34,266 nucleotides of DNA from Candidatus Pacearchaeota archaeon (lineage in GTDB: Archaea; Nanobdellota; Nanobdellia; Pacearchaeales; GW2011-AR1). The notes under the pieces were generated by a model, which did no database searches, was not told the origin of the DNA, and saw only the letters and a program-made list of their open reading frames with translations. The stretch lies in contig JAWALV010000001.1 in NCBI GenBank assembly GCA_038886595.1, forward strand, positions 1-34,266, given 5' to 3'. The position numbers and the translations under genes are program-made. This document shows, one piece after another, positions 26,043-34,266 of this stretch (the first letter of the stretch is position 1; the number at the start of each line of letters is the position of its first letter).

Positions 26043-28793
26043 TCACTCAAAAAATTTATCCATACCCCCAAATCCGTTTTTAACAAAATATTCATAATCT
26101 AAAAATTCTTTATAGACTGGCGTATCTTCAGGATATTCAACTTTCCAAATTTTTAATGGAGCTCTTAAACCTTGGAACCAAACAAATTCATTTAAAGAGG
26201 GATAAAACTGTTTGAAATAAGCAACAGCAGGATCATCTTCAAAATGGGCTTTTTTTATTGTCGGATATTCATTATAAGGATCATTTAAAATGTAAAGTCT
26301 TCCCATTAAGCTATTAAATGTTCTTGGAGATAGATAAATTATCGCGCCGCTATCAACTATTTTTCCTTGTCTTTCGTCTATTAAGGGAATAAAATAAATC
26401 AAAGAATCAATTCCTTTATCAAAAGAGAATATTTTTCCGTCTTTGTAAATGTGTTTTACAGGAATTCTATATTGTTTGTTGTTATAAAAGAAAACTGCTG
26501 TTGGCTGTTTTATAGAACTGAAATTTCCTAAATTTTCAATCTCAACAATAACTCCGGCAACATAAGCATTGCAAACCATCTGCTGTGTTCTTGTCACAGA
26601 AATTCCAGGAATGAAAACTCTAGAGCCATTATCAGTTTCAAATGAAATATCGCCGTCAACACAACTTCCCAATTGATAAAATCTTATTTCTCCATTTGAT
26701 GTTTCTTGAGTTTGTCGTTCATCAATTGGTCCGCCGAAAATTCCTGCCGAAACTCTATCCCAAGAATCATTGCTTCCTATTTTAGAAAAAGCACCATATT
26801 TTCCCATTTCTGTCGGATCAATCAATAAATAAGAAACATTCCAAGTTTTCATATAACTTAAAGCTGTTTTTGGGTTTGGTGTAGTTAATAGATACCTACC
26901 ATTATAATGATCCGTATGGTCTCCACCAGAGTGTCCACCATCAGTTACAGTCGGCCTATTTGCCAAGGTTTGTATAAAATAACCATAATCCCACCAATGC
27001 GTGAAAATATCTTTTTCATTTGTATTATTTCTTACCCATGCCATAGCATTTTGCCATTGAATATTTGCAGAAGGTCCAATTCTAGATGCCTGAATTTTTG
27101 AAATTTCATACATTCCAAAGCTTAAATTTCCTTGGGCAAAAGGAACTCCAAAAACATAAACATAAGATAAAACGATAAGTATTGAAACAACACTAAAATA
27201 AATATATTTTGTTTCTTTATCTTCTTTTTTCTTTATTCTTTTTATAAACTCATAAATTCCATCAGCAGCAATTAAGCAAATAAAAGGAGTTATCAAAAAA
27301 AAGCTTCTTACAGCTGCTCTTGCATTCATAGCAACTGTAACAGCAATAGCAAATAAAATTATTTCATCTATTGAAATTTTGAATTTTTCTTTTGAAACAA
27401 CATAAAATAAAGAAATTAAAAAAACAATCACGCCAACAGCATAAAGTGCCTGACTTATAAAGTTTTCACCATTGAATAGACTATTGTCAGAAATTCTTGA
27501 AAAAAGAATTCCAAAAAGCAAAAGCATACTGGCGCCAGATAAAGCCATCTTATTTTTTATACTTTTAGAGTTTAAAGTCAAATTTAAGCAGATAAAAATT
27601 AAACCAACTAAAAACAAGAAGAATAAGATCTGTCCTTTTTGATTTATTAAATCTGTTAAGTAAGGTTGTGCGTTTTCAGCAACAGTTGTCCCAAGTCTTC
27701 CTGTAAACTCGCCAAAAAAAGGATAAATCAAAGTTGACCAAGCTCTTCTAAACATCTTTATAGGATTTTTTCCTATTGCTACTAGACAAATAATCCCAAG
27801 TACAGCACTAATTCCTAGAGAATAAAAATGAAAATAATTTTCTTTAATTTTAAAGAATTTTATTTTTTCTTTGTACTTAAAAAGAAGAAAATCAACAAAA
27901 GAAAAAACAAAAACAAATAAGACTAAAATTCCTTGTGCGTCTAAAAATCTAGAATACATAAATTCTGCTTTGCTTCCTAAAAGAGGCGTAAAAATAACTG
28001 AAAAAACAATCCAAATAAAATAAAACAAAAAGAAATTTTCTTTTTTCTCACTATTAAATAAGTAATACAATAGCATTGTTAAAGGAAAAAAAACAAAAAC
28101 AAAAGTTATTGCCCCTCCCCAAGAAACTAAAACCAAGGCAGTTAAAAAGCCAACCAAAACTCCGTATAAAACAGAATTTTTCCAGCTTTTTTCATAATAT
28201 CTCAGAGAAAAATAGAGCCCAATTATTAAGGCAAAAATCGCAAATACTCCTATATGGTCATGATCATAAAAACCAGCAATACTTCTAAATAAAAAACTAG
28301 GAGCAAAAGCCAAGAATGCGCTGCCAATTAAGCTGGCAACTTTTGATTTTGTTAATAAATAGCAAAGAAGGAAAAACAAAATTAAACCAATTCCGAAAAA
28401 TATGGGCGCAGAAATTGTCGCAGCATAGTCAAAAGTTATTTCAGGATCAAAAATTTTTAATATTTTATAGTTCCAAATTAAATAATCATCAATTAACTCA
28501 GGAATCCATTCAATTTTGTAACCAGGGCTTCTCAATTCATCAAATTCTGGCAAATAGCCAAGTTTTAATCTTGTTTCAGCTATTCTATAAAAATATAAAG
28601 AGTCCAAATCATTAGAAGTATATTTTCCAGTTGTTTGGTCTTTCAGAATTGGAACATTAGATAATCTTATTGAAACAGAACTGTAAAGAATAATCAAAAA
28701 AATCAGGATGGTTATTGTCCATCGAAATTTTTCATTCTTTACAAGATTTTTCAAAAAATCTTTTATTTTTTCGCTTTCTTTTTTCTTAACCAT
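26043..28793 (-). CDS. aglB: Archaeal oligosaccharyltransferase AglB (STT3 family)
   Basis: 916 aa. About 13 N-terminal TM helices, a DLD motif in the first loop, the hallmark WWDYGY motif (HWWDYGYFIQTLANRPTVTDGG), and a large soluble C-terminal domain. Confidence 0.95.
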   Translation of the reverse strand: MVKKKESEKIKDFLKNLVKNEKFRWTITILIFLIILYSSVSIRLSNVPILKDQTTGKYTSNDLDSLYFYRIAETRLKLGYLPEFDELRSPGYKIEWIPELIDDYLIWNYKILKIFDPEITFDYAATISAPIFFGIGLILFFLLCYLLTKSKVASLIGSAFLAFAPSFLFRSIAGFYDHDHIGVFAIFALIIGLYFSLRYYEKSWKNSVLYGVLVGFLTALVLVSWGGAITFVFVFFPLTMLLYYLFNSEKKENFFLFYFIWIVFSVIFTPLLGSKAEFMYSRFLDAQGILVLFVFVFSFVDFLLFKYKEKIKFFKIKENYFHFYSLGISAVLGIICLVAIGKNPIKMFRRAWSTLIYPFFGEFTGRLGTTVAENAQPYLTDLINQKGQILFFLFLVGLIFICLNLTLNSKSIKNKMALSGASMLLLFGILFSRISDNSLFNGENFISQALYAVGVIVFLISLFYVVSKEKFKISIDEIILFAIAVTVAMNARAAVRSFFLITPFICLIAADGIYEFIKRIKKKEDKETKYIYFSVVSILIVLSYVYVFGVPFAQGNLSFGMYEISKIQASRIGPSANIQWQNAMAWVRNNTNEKDIFTHWWDYGYFIQTLANRPTVTDGGHSGGDHTDHYNGRYLLTTPNPKTALSYMKTWNVSYLLIDPTEMGKYGAFSKIGSNDSWDRVSAGIFGGPIDERQTQETSNGEIRFYQLGSCVDGDISFETDNGSRVFIPGISVTRTQQMVCNAYVAGVIVEIENLGNFSSIKQPTAVFFYNNKQYRIPVKHIYKDGKIFSFDKGIDSLIYFIPLIDERQGKIVDSGAIIYLSPRTFNSLMGRLYILNDPYNEYPTIKKAHFEDDPAVAYFKQFYPSLNEFVWFQGLRAPLKIWKVEYPEDTPVYKEFLDYEYFVKNGFGGMDKFFE

Positions 28794-28830
28794 TTTTTTT
28801 ATAATTTAAGAGGATTTAAAAACTTACTTA

Positions 28831-29829
28831 TTAAAACATCCCTTTAAACGACAAAAAAGCAATTCCAATAAAGATTAACTCAATAAAAAATATTAATAAA
28901 ACAACATCTTTCTCATAAACTTTTTTCTTAAACTTAGAAAGGAACCAAATTCCAAAATGAGTTAAGCCATAGATTTTTTCATATTTTAAAGAAAGAGAAC
29001 CATCTTTATTCGGTTTGCCGAAAGATTGAATTTCAAGTTTTCCTCTTAATTTTAAGAACATTTCAATAATGAAAGGAATAAAAACTATAAAAGCTATTTT
29101 TTCAAAATTTCCGATAATAGCCATTGTTACAATTAAGCTTCCAATAGAATAGGTTAAAACATTTCCCCCAAAAACTTTTGCAGGACACCAATTAAATATT
29201 AAAAAAGCAAGCAATGAAAAAACCATTATTATCCCTACAATAGCAAGCCAAGAATTTCCGCTAGTATAAGCTACATAACTTAGAAAGCTCAATATTAAAA
29301 CACCTAAACCGGCCTCTAAGCCATTAAAACCTGCCAAAAAATTATATACACTTGTTACACCAACAACTCCAAGAGGAATTAAAAAAAGAGGATAAAATAT
29401 TCCAAAATTAACATTTCCAAATAAAGGCAAGCTTATTATTTTTTCTCCAGCATTTATTACCATCAGAGGTATTGCCGCAATTAATAAAGCAAACACCCTT
29501 GCTCTTTTAGAGAGTCCTTTCTTTTTCCAACCAAGCATATCATCTATAAAACCAATAAATCCTGCTAAAACAACTGTCATTAGAGAAGCGAAAATTAAAG
29601 TATTTTCTTCAACCCCCCAGAAAGTTCTTAAAGCAACATAGAAGAAAACACCTATTAAAAAAGAAAACAAGACTATTAATCCACCAGAAGAAGCAACATC
29701 TTTAGGCATTTTCCATTTATTCATATCTTCCCAAAGCATTCCCATATATTGGCATTTTCTTATCCAAATTTTCAAGAAAATAAAGCAAGCTAAAAAACTT
29801 ATTAATAATGTAAAAATTATTGTACTCAT
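28831..29829 (-). CDS. aglH: UDP-GlcNAc:dolichyl-phosphate GlcNAc-1-phosphate transferase-like (MraY/WecA/AglH family)
   Basis: Polytopic membrane protein with FIGFIDDMLG and NFLAGFNGLEAG motifs typical of polyprenyl-phosphate HexNAc-1-P transferases. Adjacent to aglB. Confidence 0.85.
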   Translation of the reverse strand: MSTIIFTLLISFLACFIFLKIWIRKCQYMGMLWEDMNKWKMPKDVASSGGLIVLFSFLIGVFFYVALRTFWGVEENTLIFASLMTVVLAGFIGFIDDMLGWKKKGLSKRARVFALLIAAIPLMVINAGEKIISLPLFGNVNFGIFYPLFLIPLGVVGVTSVYNFLAGFNGLEAGLGVLILSFLSYVAYTSGNSWLAIVGIIMVFSLLAFLIFNWCPAKVFGGNVLTYSIGSLIVTMAIIGNFEKIAFIVFIPFIIEMFLKLRGKLEIQSFGKPNKDGSLSLKYEKIYGLTHFGIWFLSKFKKKVYEKDVVLLIFFIELIFIGIAFLSFKGMF

Positions 29830-29868
29830 AAAGATATGTGTTTTTTTCTATTTAAAAAATATTTGTTT

Positions 29869-30000
29869 CTAAGATTCTTTTAAAATATCTTCAATTTTTT
29901 CTTCCTCATATATTGTTTTTTTACCGCAATAATTACATTTATCAGGAAGTTTATCTTTTTTTGTTTTATAACCACAATTAGAGCATCTATATGTTTTCAT
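29869..30000 (-). CDS. 43-aa zinc-ribbon protein (below the ORF track size cutoff)
   Basis: Reverse-strand translation: MKTYRCSNCGYKTKKDKLPDKCNYCGKKTIYEEEKIEDILKES*. It has two CxxC pairs, an ATG start, and fills the gap upstream of aglH. Confidence 0.45.
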   Translation of the reverse strand: MKTYRCSNCGYKTKKDKLPDKCNYCGKKTIYEEEKIEDILKES

Positions 30001-30040
30001 ATTATTTTTTAAAAAAAAAAGAGTTTAAAAATTTTCTGTA

Positions 30041-30889
30041 TTAATTTATTATAGTTGGAGTTATATATACTTCTATAAAAGCAGCAGCTATTAAAATTAA
30101 AGAACCAATAATTAGAAGTATAATGACATCTTCTAAGATTATCCATAATCTTTCTCCTCTTAAATCTTTTCTTACAATAGCAACTGATAAAATTCCCCCA
30201 GCCAACGCTGCAATAAAATAAGCAACTATTTCTGGAACCCCATGTATTAAATATCTTAAAAGACCAATTGGAATTTTAATTAATTCTTTTGAAAACATTC
30301 CTATGGCAGCACCAATAACAGAAGCATTCCATATTAGTATAAAAATAGCTCCAGCACCAAAAATTAAAGAAAAAAACAAGATAAAAATCATTACTTTTAT
30401 GTTGTTTGTTAAAATAGATAATAAATGCCCCATTCCATAAAAAGAGCCTGTAACTAAGTTATATCTTCTAAGACATTCTTCATAAGAAGAAGGATTATTT
30501 ATCACGCAAAAAGTTTTTATTTGCGCATCAAAAGTTTTCGAGGCCTCTTCAGAAACAACAATATACCAAAAACTAAAACCAATAGTCAATCCTAAAAAAA
30601 GCCAAATTAAAACTTTAAGAGTTTTCATGTGTTCATGTATTAATTTTCCTTCTTCGTTGATTTCTAAGTCTTTTCCTTCTTCTTTTTTGATAAAAAAATA
30701 AAAGTAAGGAAAACAACAAATTAAAGTCATAGTTGTTAGAAGAATCCCTCTGTATTTATTTAAAACATAGTCTTGAGAAAAAAAGAAAGTGGTAATCAAA
30801 AAAGAAATACTAGAATAAATTAAACCGATATAAAACATTTCCCAAGGCCTTCTTTCTACTCTCTTAAAAGAAAGAATTTTCCAAATCAT
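30041..30889 (-). CDS. SpoIIM-like (DUF95) integral membrane protein
   Basis: Multi-TM protein with LRYLIHGVPEIVAYFIAALAGG, resembling the HG..E motif of the stage II sporulation protein M family. Confidence 0.55.
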   Translation of the reverse strand: MIWKILSFKRVERRPWEMFYIGLIYSSISFLITTFFFSQDYVLNKYRGILLTTMTLICCFPYFYFFIKKEEGKDLEINEEGKLIHEHMKTLKVLIWLFLGLTIGFSFWYIVVSEEASKTFDAQIKTFCVINNPSSYEECLRRYNLVTGSFYGMGHLLSILTNNIKVMIFILFFSLIFGAGAIFILIWNASVIGAAIGMFSKELIKIPIGLLRYLIHGVPEIVAYFIAALAGGILSVAIVRKDLRGERLWIILEDVIILLIIGSLILIAAAFIEVYITPTIIN

Positions 30890-30922
30890 TAAAAAATATG
30901 GTTTTTTATCTTTTTAAATCTT

Positions 30923-32053
30923 TTATATAGAAATTAATTTTACTTTTGTGTCTATTACTTCCTCAAAGTTTTTAGCTACTAAATATTTAGCACCTATTTT
31001 TTCACTAGCTTTAATTAATTCAGAATTTGCTTTTTCAACTAAAACTAAAAAAGGTTTTCTTTCTATTTTATTTATTTTTATTAGATTGTTAATAGATGTT
31101 TTTTTTATTATATTTATTTTTTCATCAAATAAAAAACAATTAGATTTTAACTCTTTTAATATTTCTTTAAGTTTTTTCTTGTCTTCTTCTTTTAAATTTT
31201 CATTTGAGGCAGAAGGAGAACCGGAGAATTCTTTATTTTTCTTAAAAAATTCTTCCGGTTTTTGTTTTTTTCTTAATGCTTGATTTATTTCTTTTCCTGT
31301 TAATTCTTCAACTTCTTTTCCATCAGGTGCTTGTGCAATATATGAAACTTTAGCATTTTCAACAACGTTTTTAGCTATTAAGAGACCTCCTCTATCTCCA
31401 TCTACAAAAAGAGTTATCTCTTTTTCATTTCCCAATTCTACAATTTCTTTTGGAAGCTTAGTACCATTCATTCCAATAACATTTAATATGTTGTGTCTTA
31501 CTAAATTTATAACATCTGCTCTTCCTTCTACGACGATTATTTCTTTTTCTGACAAGTCACCACAAGGAAGATTTTCTTCACCATAGCTTCCTATTTTTGA
31601 AATTCTAGTAGATTCTTTTATTTCTTGTTCTATTTCTTTAGATTCAAGACTTTCCCCTTGAATACTTTGAAGAAGGTCTTTTGCTCTTTTTAATATATAT
31701 TCTCTTTTGTTCCCTCTAACATCTTCTATTTTTTTTATAACTATTTTCGCTTCTGTTGGTCCTATTTTATCTATTGTTTCTAACGCTGCACCAATCAATG
31801 AGGTTTCTGTTTTATCAAGAGCTGAAGGTATAATTATTTCGCCTTTTGTTTTTCCGTTCTCTTTTATTAAATTTACATCTATTCTACCTATTTTACCTTC
31901 TTGCTGCAATTCTCTTAATTCCATGTCAGACCCAAGAAGACCTTCTGTTTGTCCAAAAATAGCTCCAATGACATCTGTTTTTTCTAAAGGACCTTCTGCC
32001 TCAAAATCTGCCTTTATATTATATTTTATTGAAGAAGGACTTATCTTTCCCAT
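30923..32053 (-). CDS. dnaG: Archaeal DnaG-type primase / exosome-associated TOPRIM protein
   Basis: The N-terminal KYNIKADFEAEGPLEKTDVIGAIFGQTEGLLGSDMELRELQQEGKIGRIDV is the conserved archaeal DnaG signature. TOPRIM motifs are IIVVEGRADV and LFVDGDRGG. Confidence 0.92.
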   Translation of the reverse strand: MGKISPSSIKYNIKADFEAEGPLEKTDVIGAIFGQTEGLLGSDMELRELQQEGKIGRIDVNLIKENGKTKGEIIIPSALDKTETSLIGAALETIDKIGPTEAKIVIKKIEDVRGNKREYILKRAKDLLQSIQGESLESKEIEQEIKESTRISKIGSYGEENLPCGDLSEKEIIVVEGRADVINLVRHNILNVIGMNGTKLPKEIVELGNEKEITLFVDGDRGGLLIAKNVVENAKVSYIAQAPDGKEVEELTGKEINQALRKKQKPEEFFKKNKEFSGSPSASNENLKEEDKKKLKEILKELKSNCFLFDEKINIIKKTSINNLIKINKIERKPFLVLVEKANSELIKASEKIGAKYLVAKNFEEVIDTKVKLISI

Positions 32054-32227
32054 TTTTCCTCCAAAATTTAGTTAACTAGAATAAGTGTTTCTCTTAATAA
32101 ATAGAGTGAATATGAAATTGAATACACTTATCTAGCATTTTTATTTATTTAGTTTACTTTTTAAATTTTTTGGAACAATTTCAAAATTATAAAGAAAAAT
32201 TTAAAAACCCTTTTTCATAAAAATTTT

Positions 32228-32339
<112 letters not shown>

Positions 32340-32394
32340 ACTCTTTTCTCTTATTGCTAATTAATCTTTTATACTCTTTTTTATTTATTTTTTT

Positions 32395-32643
32395 ATGTCA
32401 AGTAAAGAAAAAATCTTAGAACAGATTAAAGAATTGATTTCTCAGAAAAATCCAAAGTTAAACAAAAAGGCAAAAATTCTTGCTATGAGAAACAACATCA
32501 AACTTGGCGAATTAAGAAAAAATTTTTGCCAAAAATGTTTTTATCCTTTCGATAAGGCAATTCGTCGCGTAAAAAAAGGTCTTCTTGTTGTTCACTGCCC
32601 AAATTGCGGAAATCTAGCAAGATGGAAGTTGAAGAAAGAATAA
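32395..32643 (+). CDS. rnp4: RNase P protein component 4 (Rpp21/Rpr2 family)
   Basis: Basic N-terminal helices followed by a zinc ribbon, CQKCFYPF...RRVKKGLLVVHCPNCGNLARW, matching the Rpr2 C.kC...R.r......C..Cg..kR pattern. Confidence 0.75.
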   Translation: MSSKEKILEQIKELISQKNPKLNKKAKILAMRNNIKLGELRKNFCQKCFYPFDKAIRRVKKGLLVVHCPNCGNLARWKLKKE

Positions 32644-32740
32644 TTTTATTTGAAAAATTTATGCTCCGAGACACTCTCACTTTTGAGATAGTATCATTTT
32701 TGGGACGATGATTAATAAAGGGTTTTTTAGATAAAATTTT

Positions 32741-33193
32741 ATGAAAAAAGGCAATGAAGATGATTTTGTTTACGAAACAGCGGTTGGTTTAGGAGCTTCC
32801 TTAGCACTTGCTTGTGTTAATCCTCTTTTAGGTTTAGGAACGGCCGCATATTTTACGTATAAAGCTCTAAATCCTCCAGAAAAAAAGAAAAATTCTGATA
32901 GTATAGAGGTTTTACCACCAGAAAGAACAGATGATTACCCTACAACAGTTGCAGCTAGAAGAAGTCCTTATGAAACTGCGTCTTTTTTAAAATATAAAGC
33001 CGAAGAAGAAACATATAGATCTTCTTTAATAAGCGCAACATCAATTGCTAAAAATTATTTAGATAGCTTGCCAGAAGGAGCTTTAGATAACTCAAGAGGT
33101 TTAAATGTAAGAGTCTCTAGAAGAAACACAGGATTAGTAAGTTTTTTAAGCTCAGAAAGCGAAGAAATAAATATGAGGATTAGAGTAAAATGA
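32741..33193 (+). CDS. Hypothetical protein: N-terminal Gly/Ala-rich hydrophobic segment plus a C-terminal ~70-aa module shared with 33689..34054
   Basis: ORF with better-than-background GC. Hydrophobic AVGLGASLALACVNPLLGLGTAAYF. The C-terminal EETYRSSLISATSIAKNYLDSL...LNVRVSRRNTGLVSFL...EEINMRIRVK* is paralogous to the third gene. Confidence 0.6.
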   Translation: MKKGNEDDFVYETAVGLGASLALACVNPLLGLGTAAYFTYKALNPPEKKKNSDSIEVLPPERTDDYPTTVAARRSPYETASFLKYKAEEETYRSSLISATSIAKNYLDSLPEGALDNSRGLNVRVSRRNTGLVSFLSSESEEINMRIRVK

Positions 33194-33696
33194 TAGTTGT
33201 TTATCTTAAAAATCTCTTAGAAAAAATAAAGAGATTCTTTAGAGGTGAATATCTTGTTGTTTCCCCAGAAAAATTTAAAGAACTTTCTAATGGTTGCTTT
33301 GAAAAAGGAATATTTAGATTTTTCAGGCCAGTTTATGTAGAAAATGGTGTAGATTTACATTTAATAGACAGAGAAGGTTTAAGAAACTATAAAAGAGGTT
33401 TAGAAGACAATCTTTCCACAACAAAAATAACGAGTCAATCTACTAGACCTTATGAAAGAAGAAACTCATTAGATGACTACCTTGCTTCTTATTTAGAGAG
33501 GCTTTCTCATTATGGAAAAGAATACAAAGAAAGAATGGAAAGATTTGTAGCAGGTCTTAAAAGAGGTTTTGACTGGCTTTTAGAAAATACAACCCCCATT
33601 AAAGATTGGAGAGAAATAGAATTTTCATTTTGTCCTTCTTATTCTGGATTTGAAATAAAGAGAATGCCTTCGGGATATAAGTTTAGATATGGATAA
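33190..33696 (+). CDS. Hypothetical protein
   Basis: 168-aa ORF whose ATG overlaps the upstream stop (ATGA) and which overlaps the downstream ORF by 8 nt. No recognisable motif. Confidence 0.55.
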   Translation: MIVVYLKNLLEKIKRFFRGEYLVVSPEKFKELSNGCFEKGIFRFFRPVYVENGVDLHLIDREGLRNYKRGLEDNLSTTKITSQSTRPYERRNSLDDYLASYLERLSHYGKEYKERMERFVAGLKRGFDWLLENTTPIKDWREIEFSFCPSYSGFEIKRMPSGYKFRYG

Positions 33697-34054
33697 TCAA
33701 CTAATTCCTTATTGGGAAAGGCCAACACTAACAAATAACTATTTGAACAGAGATTTTAATTTTTCTTTTCCTTTAACTTACACTCCACCAGAAATTCCAG
33801 AAACAGCTATTGCAAGAATTGATCCTTCTTTAAGTATAGATATTTTAAAAAAACAAGAAAGAGAAGAAAGTTATAAAGTTGGAATTTTATCTGCCATAAC
33901 TATAACAAACTCTTATATAAACTCTTTATCTTCACAAAAGCGTTCAAAAATAAGAGACATAAATGTCAGCATTAGAAGAGAAACTCCCAGCTTATTAAGA
34001 AGAATTTTAACAGGCGAAAAAGAGGTTGTTGAAATTGATATTGATGTAAAATAG
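33689..34054 (+). CDS. Hypothetical protein, paralogous in its C-terminal module to 32741..33193
   Basis: EESYKVGILSAITITNSYINSL...INVSIRRETPSLLRRIL...EVVEIDIDVK* aligns with the C-terminus of the first gene of the cassette. Confidence 0.55.
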   Translation: MDNQLIPYWERPTLTNNYLNRDFNFSFPLTYTPPEIPETAIARIDPSLSIDILKKQEREESYKVGILSAITITNSYINSLSSQKRSKIRDINVSIRRETPSLLRRILTGEKEVVEIDIDVK

Positions 34055-34115
34055 TTTTTTGGTTTAGCAAATGAAGAAGAATTATTAGGAAACAAAAAGA
34101 GATATCATATAAAAA

Positions 34116-34266
34116 TCACTTCCTCCAAACTCTTCTTCTTAAATTTCTGAAACCTTTTCTAAATCCTCTGAAAAATCCTCGCTTTCTAAAATCAGTACGC
34201 GCCCTGTAAAAACCTTTTCTTCGCACACTTCTAAAATTTCTTCTAAAAAGTCTTCTTCTTGTTTTT
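34116..34266 (-). CDS. 3' end of a gene running in from beyond the window; extremely Arg/Phe-rich basic tail
   Basis: Reverse-strand frame reads ...KTRRRLFRRNFRSVRRKGFYRARTDFRKRGFFRGFRKGFRNLRRRVWRK*, with the stop at 34116-34118. Open to the window edge. Confidence 0.4.
   Translation of the reverse strand, partial: KTRRRLFRRNFRSVRRKGFYRARTDFRKRGFFRGFRKGFRNLRRRVWRK

Noticed and set aside
26907-28615. Track ORFs 26907..27101, 28076..28288 and 28316..28615 (+)
   Set aside because: All three are antisense to aglB, which has unambiguous STT3 motifs. Their translations are K/Q/L low-complexity.
30948-32075. Track ORFs 30948..31283(+) and 31707..32075(+)
   Set aside because: Both are antisense to dnaG.
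32498-32680. Track ORF 32498..32680(-)
   Set aside because: It is antisense to the Rpp21 gene and to its terminator-like region.
32661-32726. Short hairpins (TCTCA/TGAGA and ATCAT/ATGAT) followed by a T-run after rpp21, considered as an sRNA
   Set aside because: The stems are only 5 bp. The most economical reading is the 3' UTR and oligo-T terminator region of rpp21.
33913-34095. Track ORF 33913..34095(-)
   Set aside because: It is antisense to the 3' end of the third cassette gene, which is supported by its paralogy to the first.

Overview
AT-rich archaeal chromosome segment (GC looks like about a quarter to a third by eye; not computed). Gene content fits a small-genome, DPANN-like archaeon. 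Archaeal markers are the rpl18e-rpl13-rps9 operon, secF-secD, an archaeal TOPRIM DnaG, RNase P Rpp21, a solitary 5S rRNA, tRNA-Leu(TAA), tRNA-Gly(TCC), XerA and the AglB/STT3 oligosaccharyltransferase.

The window has four parts. (1) 1-5.0 kb is an accessory islet: two small membrane ORFs, a pair of 28-bp hairpin repeats, a filter-less RCK channel, XerA, an unknown acidic-motif protein, a serine-recombinase 'Recombinase' domain lacking its catalytic domain, and two Pol-beta-type nucleotidyltransferases. (2) 5.0-9.6 kb is housekeeping. (3) 9.6-30 kb is a roughly 20-kb protein-glycosylation (agl-like) island with a Wzx-type flippase, GDP-mannose 3,5-epimerase, a WecG/TagA transferase, eight further glycosyltransferases, an AsnB-type amidotransferase, three deoxysugar-type enzymes, AglB and an AglH-like GlcNAc-1-P transferase. 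An AbiEii/AbiEi toxin-antitoxin pair interrupts it. (4) 30-34.3 kb holds a SpoIIM-like protein, dnaG, 5S, rpp21 and a visibly GC-richer three-gene cassette of unknown function.

The most interesting signal lies directly downstream of aglB, in the same tightly packed minus-strand operon. A SAM-methyltransferase gene is interrupted by inversion of an internal ~216-bp segment; flipping it back restores a colinear 173-aa methyltransferase. The next gene, a GT11 alpha-1,2-fucosyltransferase, is split by a 1-nt frame change in an A-rich tract. Both lesions are of a reversible type, so they may be ON/OFF switches for terminal glycan decoration. Assembly or sequencing artefacts cannot be excluded from sequence alone.
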